Positions 33,966-39,272 of a stretch of DNA of 39,272 nt are shown here, one piece after another. Position numbers and translations under genes: made by a program. The first letter of the stretch is position 1, and each line of letters begins with the position of its first letter. Origin of the DNA: Octopus bimaculoides (taxonomy: Eukaryota); assembly GCF_001194135.2 (NCBI RefSeq), contig NC_068981.1, positions 142,478,831-142,518,102 of the forward strand, in the 5' to 3' direction. The notes beneath the pieces are model-generated. The model was not told the DNA's origin and did not search any database. It saw only the letters and a program-made list of their open reading frames with translations.

Positions 33966-35367
33966 AAAAGCAACATAATAAAATAAAATAAAGAAATGAT
34001 AGCTGTGTCATGGAAGGTGTGTTTTTAGATGTATAAAGTTAATGATACTCTGCAGTGTAGCCACAGTCCCTGCGGTACATAATAGGTGTGAAGAAGGAAC
34101 ATTCTTGGGATTTGGTATATGTTTTATCATTGGCTACGGCGAATATAGACTATTAAGGATAAGAGTTGTAAAAACATAGATTTGGAATTATATAATGTGC
34201 TGCTAAACCCATTCGGTAACGGAACTTTCCAATGAAACCCAGAATAAGCAATATAGTCAAATCTATGTTTGCATATCACTGATATGGTGTCATAATTAAT
34301 TCGTTCATAGTGATAGTAAAAAACTGGTATGCAGTTGTCTATTTAGCTTACATGTCGAGTCGAATGTTAGTCCGATATGTCACTGTCGACGATAGGTTCA
34401 CTGACATGCCAGAGTCTGCAATCCTTCCTCGCTACGGGAGTCGTGACGAGGGCACAAGCGAAATGAAGAAACCCCCATGGAAACAGATGGTTTCGTAGGT
34501 AAACGAGCAGTGAAAAGTTAGCTGAAGTGATTAATAAAGCGGATTCTGTTGCAAATCTGAGGCAGCGAATTGTTTTGGCAATTTTATGTGTCAGCACACT
34601 GCTGGATGGATAGGAATAATAACGACTATAATACGAAACACGAATATCATAGATTTTTCTAAAGATACGGACAACGGGGTTTCAGATGTGAAAGGAGGAT
34701 TCTTAAATAGTTAAAGAGTAGAAAGTAAAAGGGAAAATTCTAATTAGAAAAATATAAAAGAAATATCTAATTTCTCTGAGAAAGTTTTCAAATAGACGTA
34801 AATAAAATTTCTACACGAATATTTATTCAAATGAATGCGTGCTAATAGAGCCAATTACGGTTATGTTTATTTGCAAATGTGCTGTGTGGAATGCCTATGT
34901 GTGCGATATATACATATTTTTTCTTTTTTTAGTTTGTCTGCTCTCCTCCTTTATGTATGCATGTATGTATCAGTCTGTCTCTGTGTATGCGTGTATACAT
35001 ATCCATATCTGTCTCTGAATATAATTCATCCACTATCTTTATTTGTCTCATTCATTAAACTGCGGCGAAACTGGGTCACCGCGTTGACAAATTTAGTCGC
35101 TCCCCAGTACATATTCTCCCCACTAAACGTAATAGTTTTTATAGCAACGTCTTTTTGCCGAACCACTACATTACAGGGACGTAAACACGGGTCGTAGAGG
35201 GCTGATGGGGTGGAGGCTAACAAACGCAAATGCACACAAACGTTGATATATACATATACATGCACACACACATACATACACTCCCCCCACACATATACAA
35301 ACCCCACACACCGATAGATATGTAGTTAGATCTGTATTGGTAGACATGTGGTACTATATGCCAGTGC

Positions 35368-35408
<41 letters not shown>

Positions 35409-35461
35409 CAGATAGGTAGATAGATAGATAAATAAATAGATAGATAGATAGATAGATAGAG
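35368..35461. repeat. (GATA)n tetranucleotide microsatellite
   Basis: Direct reading. Confidence 0.96.
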
Positions 35462-35991
35462 GTATACGTGTGGTATTATGTTTCCGTGTGCATTCAGACT
35501 ACATCAGAGGAAAAGTGTATTCAATACGCTTCATACCTGAATATTTCCTTTTTATGAAACGGTCTTGAAGGTAGTTCTAATGAGATTTGAATTATTAATT
35601 CTGAAACCTTTACCGCAATATCATTTGTACGGTGCACCTGGGCGTTGCAAGGTCGATGTCACAGTAGCCACTTTGGCGTGTGATGTAATTGCATATATAT
35701 TACGCGCGCGCGCGTGTGTACATATGTTCGTTTAAGCAGCGTACATATGCATACATAAATATGTGTCGCCCTTGTGTGTGTGCGTGTAATAGATGTTTCT
35801 TCGAATATATATCAATATTCGGATCTGGATTTCTGTGCCATGTCTCTACAGTAACTGAGTATCTCAATTTCTTCGTAGGAATTTTCTGCACACTTGCCAC
35901 GGAACATAATAATATCTAGTTATATTATGACATAGAAACCATTTTAAATGCAGTTAAAACGTGATTTCCATCATTACATGCATGTATGTGC

Positions 35992-36080
35992 AGGGCGGCA
36001 ACCTGTCAGAAACGTTAGCACGCCGGGCGAAGTGCTTAGCGGTAGTTCGTCTCCGTGAGTTTATGCGTGAGTTCATGTTG
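35992..36080 (+). mobile_element. 5' head fragment of a type C SINE
   Basis: 'agggcggcaacctgtcagaaacgttagcacgccgggcgaagtgcttagcggtagttcgtct' aligns with the heads at 33738 and 17056. Confidence 0.75.
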
Positions 36081-36187
36081 AAGTGTTTATTGAATTGTTG
36101 CCGTTGTTATTTGATTAGAATTGTTGTTGGAACTGTTGCCGTTGCTGATTTGTTAATTGTTGTTTTTTTTTTCCCCATTGTGGGAAA

Positions 36188-36326
36188 ATGGAGAAGATGC
36201 AGGAGGAAGGCCCAAGTTATGTGGCTGCAACGAGCACAGGAGTGGATGTGCAAGAGTTGGAGGTCCACGAGATAAAGGTGGAACCTCGAAAGATGAAGGA
36301 GAGTGAAAAATTAATCTCGAAAGAAG
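36188..36326 (+). CDS. Candidate coding exon, product unknown (acidic, contains IKVEP)
   Basis: MEKMQEEGPSYVAATSTGVDVQELEVHEIKVEPRKMKESEKLISKE followed by 'gaag|gtaaca'. An upstream T-tract and a CAG at 36200-36202 give an alternative acceptor. Purine-rich, protein-like composition. No homology recognised. Confidence 0.3.
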
Positions 36327-37752
36327 GTAACACTCTGAAATTAACGCCACCTGAAGAGATTTAACTTCAGTCTCAGGATAAGCCATATATTGTGATGTAT
36401 TCCTTCATTTAACCACCAGTTCTGGATGCGTTGTAAACACTTCATAGACGTTACAATTTTTACTCTTATGACCTTAAAACGTTTTATAAAATTGAATTGT
36501 CCATGCTATCTATTTTTTCTTTTCTCCATTTCACTCGACAAAACCGAAAACCCTTTCAATTCATATCACCTGTTACAGCTGTATTGTTTCCAGACAGTCG
36601 GTTGAGGCCAATGACGAAGAACCATGTCACGAATATGTTTGTCATTTCTTGCTGAGTGGCATCTTTCACAGCATGGTTTCAATTTTAGTATTTATTTATA
36701 AAAATCATTCACATTTTATCGTCTCTTGATAGAATTCATTCCTCTATTGTCTCTCCTATCAACATTTTCAAATTAATATATTTCCTATTTTTCAAAAATG
36801 CATTATTTTATTTTGTTAATATTTGTTTGCTGCACAAGCATTTGTTGGTTTTATTGTTGTTTAAATTATCTCACACTACCTCTCTCTTTCTTTATTATTT
36901 CCCTCCTTATTTATTTGTCAGTGTGTGAGTATTTCTATATTTGATATTTGTTTTTAATTATACTAATGGAACTGTCTGGATATTTTGTTATTTTTACTGT
37001 CTATATCTTCATTATCGATCTGGAAACTTTATCATATAACTACTAAATGTTTCGTCAGCATTTCTGTCTTTTACCAAAATATATTCCCTCTTAGGTCCAA
37101 GCTTGCTGACGTGTTTTATATATTTATTTTCCCAGTGTTAAGATTTGAACAAATATTCTTTAAACAACTAATATAAATGTAAATCATGAAAATGCTTTAG
37201 ACTCCAAGGAATCAATATACAACCAAACAATTACGACTATTCTTTCTAACACAGTTTCCATGTTGAGTTACGGTATTGTAGAAATTTACTCTTTGGCATA
37301 GTAACACGGAAATGAAAATTGGCTTATTCAAAAGTATAGTTTGGAACTTATGCTAAGGAGTTTTGTGTACCCTTACGGCATCACCCATGATTAACTCACA
37401 GCCTAATATTTCGCTTCTTCAAATATCGCAAAGTTTGTCATGATAATTAATTTCAAGTTACAATTATATTATACGTGTTAAACATACATGATTCAATGTA
37501 CGGATGTTTTGAGGATAATTGTTCGAAGTAAACCGGGTAGAGCTTCACGTACAACATATCTTATGGGATTCAGTTTAGTTTCCACCGAGCCTAACTCACG
37601 CACAAGTCCTGCATCGATCAGAGTCTATACGTTCATTTGCTTAAAATACCACGCAGCGATTTCGAATGCATGATGTCATGGTCACTAAGAGAAACTGTTA
37701 AACATTCCCAGATGCTCGTGTCAACTCACACATATGTATGTATATGTAGAGT

Positions 37753-37761
37753 GAGACAGAC

Positions 37762-37828
<67 letters not shown>

Positions 37829-37975
37829 CAGGTAGACACAGGCAGATGGAGAGATAAATAAATAGACTGACAGATACGTAAAGCGAGAGAGGTAGGGAAA
37901 AAGAACGAGAGAGAGAGGGGTAGAGACAGACAGTGAGAGAGAGAGGGAGAGACAGACAGTGAGAGAGAGAGAGGG
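37753..37975. repeat. (GATA)n followed by (GA)/(GACA) low complexity
   Basis: Direct reading. Confidence 0.93.
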
Positions 37976-38319
37976 ATGGGTAAATGTACGTACATTTGTT
38001 TTCTCCGTTTTAGTTTCGACATCGGATGATGCGTTGCCTCGATTTTTGCTCCTAACTTTTGGTGTTCTTGTAGCATCGCTAGAGGGAATATGATGACCAT
38101 GTAGAGATGAAAAATGACAGTGCTACGGGTGGCATAATTTTAACACTCAGCATTAAATTAGTTGAAGAAAGCCGCAGTCTTAGCGAGGCTCATATTCACA
38201 TCTACCTCTGCATCAGCACTATTGGCAAATTATTTAGTTGTCACATTCAATGGGGAAGTTGATGGGCGAAATTCACTGTCGGTTAATAGACATTGCTCTT
38301 CGTTTTTTTCTGCATACAA

Positions 38320-38415
38320 ATATATATGTATACATATATACATACATACATATATACATACATATACATATATATATAAATATATATAAACACGCATATA
38401 TATATATATATATAA

Positions 38416-38465
<50 letters not shown>

Positions 38466-38516
38466 ATGTGTGTGTGTGTGTATGTGTGTGCGTGTGTGTG
38501 TATGTGTGTGTGTGTG

Positions 38517-38588
<72 letters not shown>
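38320..38588. repeat. Compound (TA)/(TACA)/(TG)/(TA)n microsatellite
   Basis: Direct reading. Confidence 0.95.
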
Positions 38589-38589
<1 letters not shown>

Positions 38590-38889
38590 CAAGCAGACAT
38601 GTGTCGGTATGATCATAATTGGGCGGAGGCATAAGAGTGAGTTTAACAAGTGCTACTCATATCCACTTAGAGGCTAATTCAGCTCCTCTGGGTGAATCTT
38701 TGCTCTTGTTTCTTGCATTAAATTATCGGGACGATCAATAGATATTAAGCGAAATTCGGCATCAGGAAACCGTAGAGACTCATCCTAAGTGCATTCTATA
38801 CGTGTGTTATGTGTTTGCGTATCTCTATGTGTAGGTGTTCAATAATGCCTAGCGGAATAGGCGTTTATATGTCGACGTAATTTTAAAAA

Positions 38890-39052
38890 ACCTGAGATAA
38901 TCGACTATATCCACCCGAGTATATGGTTTTACCCTGTTTTATCGACTTCAAAAAGCGGAAAGACCAATTTTACTTGGGCAAAAGGTAAAGATTACGAATA
39001 AATATCGGCAAGCATTTTTTCCAAGAGCTAACGATTTTGCAATCTCACCACA
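38890..39052 (-). mobile_element. Highly diverged type C SINE
   Basis: Plus strand 'aatcgactatatccacccgag...ttttatcgacttcaaaaag...gcaagcattttttcc..gagctaacgattttgc.atctcacc' is the reverse complement of the type C layout (head near 39050). Confidence 0.6.
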
Positions 39053-39060
39053 CTGACAAT

Positions 39061-39108
39061 ATTATTTTTATTATTATTATTATTATCATTATTATTATTA
39101 TTAATAAC

Positions 39109-39143
<35 letters not shown>

Positions 39144-39162
39144 CAACAACAACAACAACAAC

Positions 39163-39214
<52 letters not shown>

Positions 39215-39243
39215 GTAATAGTAATAATAATAATAATAATAAT
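39061..39243. repeat. (ATT)n switching to (AAT)n/(AAC)n trinucleotide array
   Basis: Direct reading; source of the poly-Leu ORF artefact. Confidence 0.96.
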
Positions 39244-39272
39244 AGAGTCAAAATTAAAAGAAGAGTGCCATT

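Noticed and set aside
39045-39251. Poly-Leu/Ile ORF
   Set aside because: Translation of the (AAT)n array.
1-39272. CRISPR arrays, prokaryotic operons, rRNA
   Set aside because: No spacer-repeat arrays, dense ORFs or rRNA-like sequence; all tandem repeats are 2-6 bp microsatellites in eukaryotic DNA.

Overview
AT-rich eukaryotic draft-assembly scaffold. About 5.9 kb (~15%) is N, in 15 gaps, most of them flanked by (TA)n. The window is dense in microsatellites and decayed transposable elements. The SINE heads and tails and the microsatellite density resemble what I recall of octopus/cephalopod genomes; this is inference, not a search result. Supported content: a 5'-truncated CR1/L2-like LINE with a decayed RT domain and intact 3' end (22580-24050, +); two different decayed mariner transposases (11055-11810 - and 30679-31416 -) plus a duplicate mariner 3' fragment; about ten copies or fragments of at least four tRNA-derived SINE types; a probable Penelope-type repeat with a decayed hammerhead-like motif; and a decayed PHD-finger coding relic. 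No host gene can be named. A few short segments with splice-site-like boundaries are given as low-confidence exon candidates. Almost all long ORFs in the supplied track are artefacts of N-runs or microsatellites. I found no convincing novel multi-gene system. The best leads are the 3'-tail blocks shared between the LINE and a SINE-like fragment, the modular SINEs, the hammerhead-like relic and the exon candidates.
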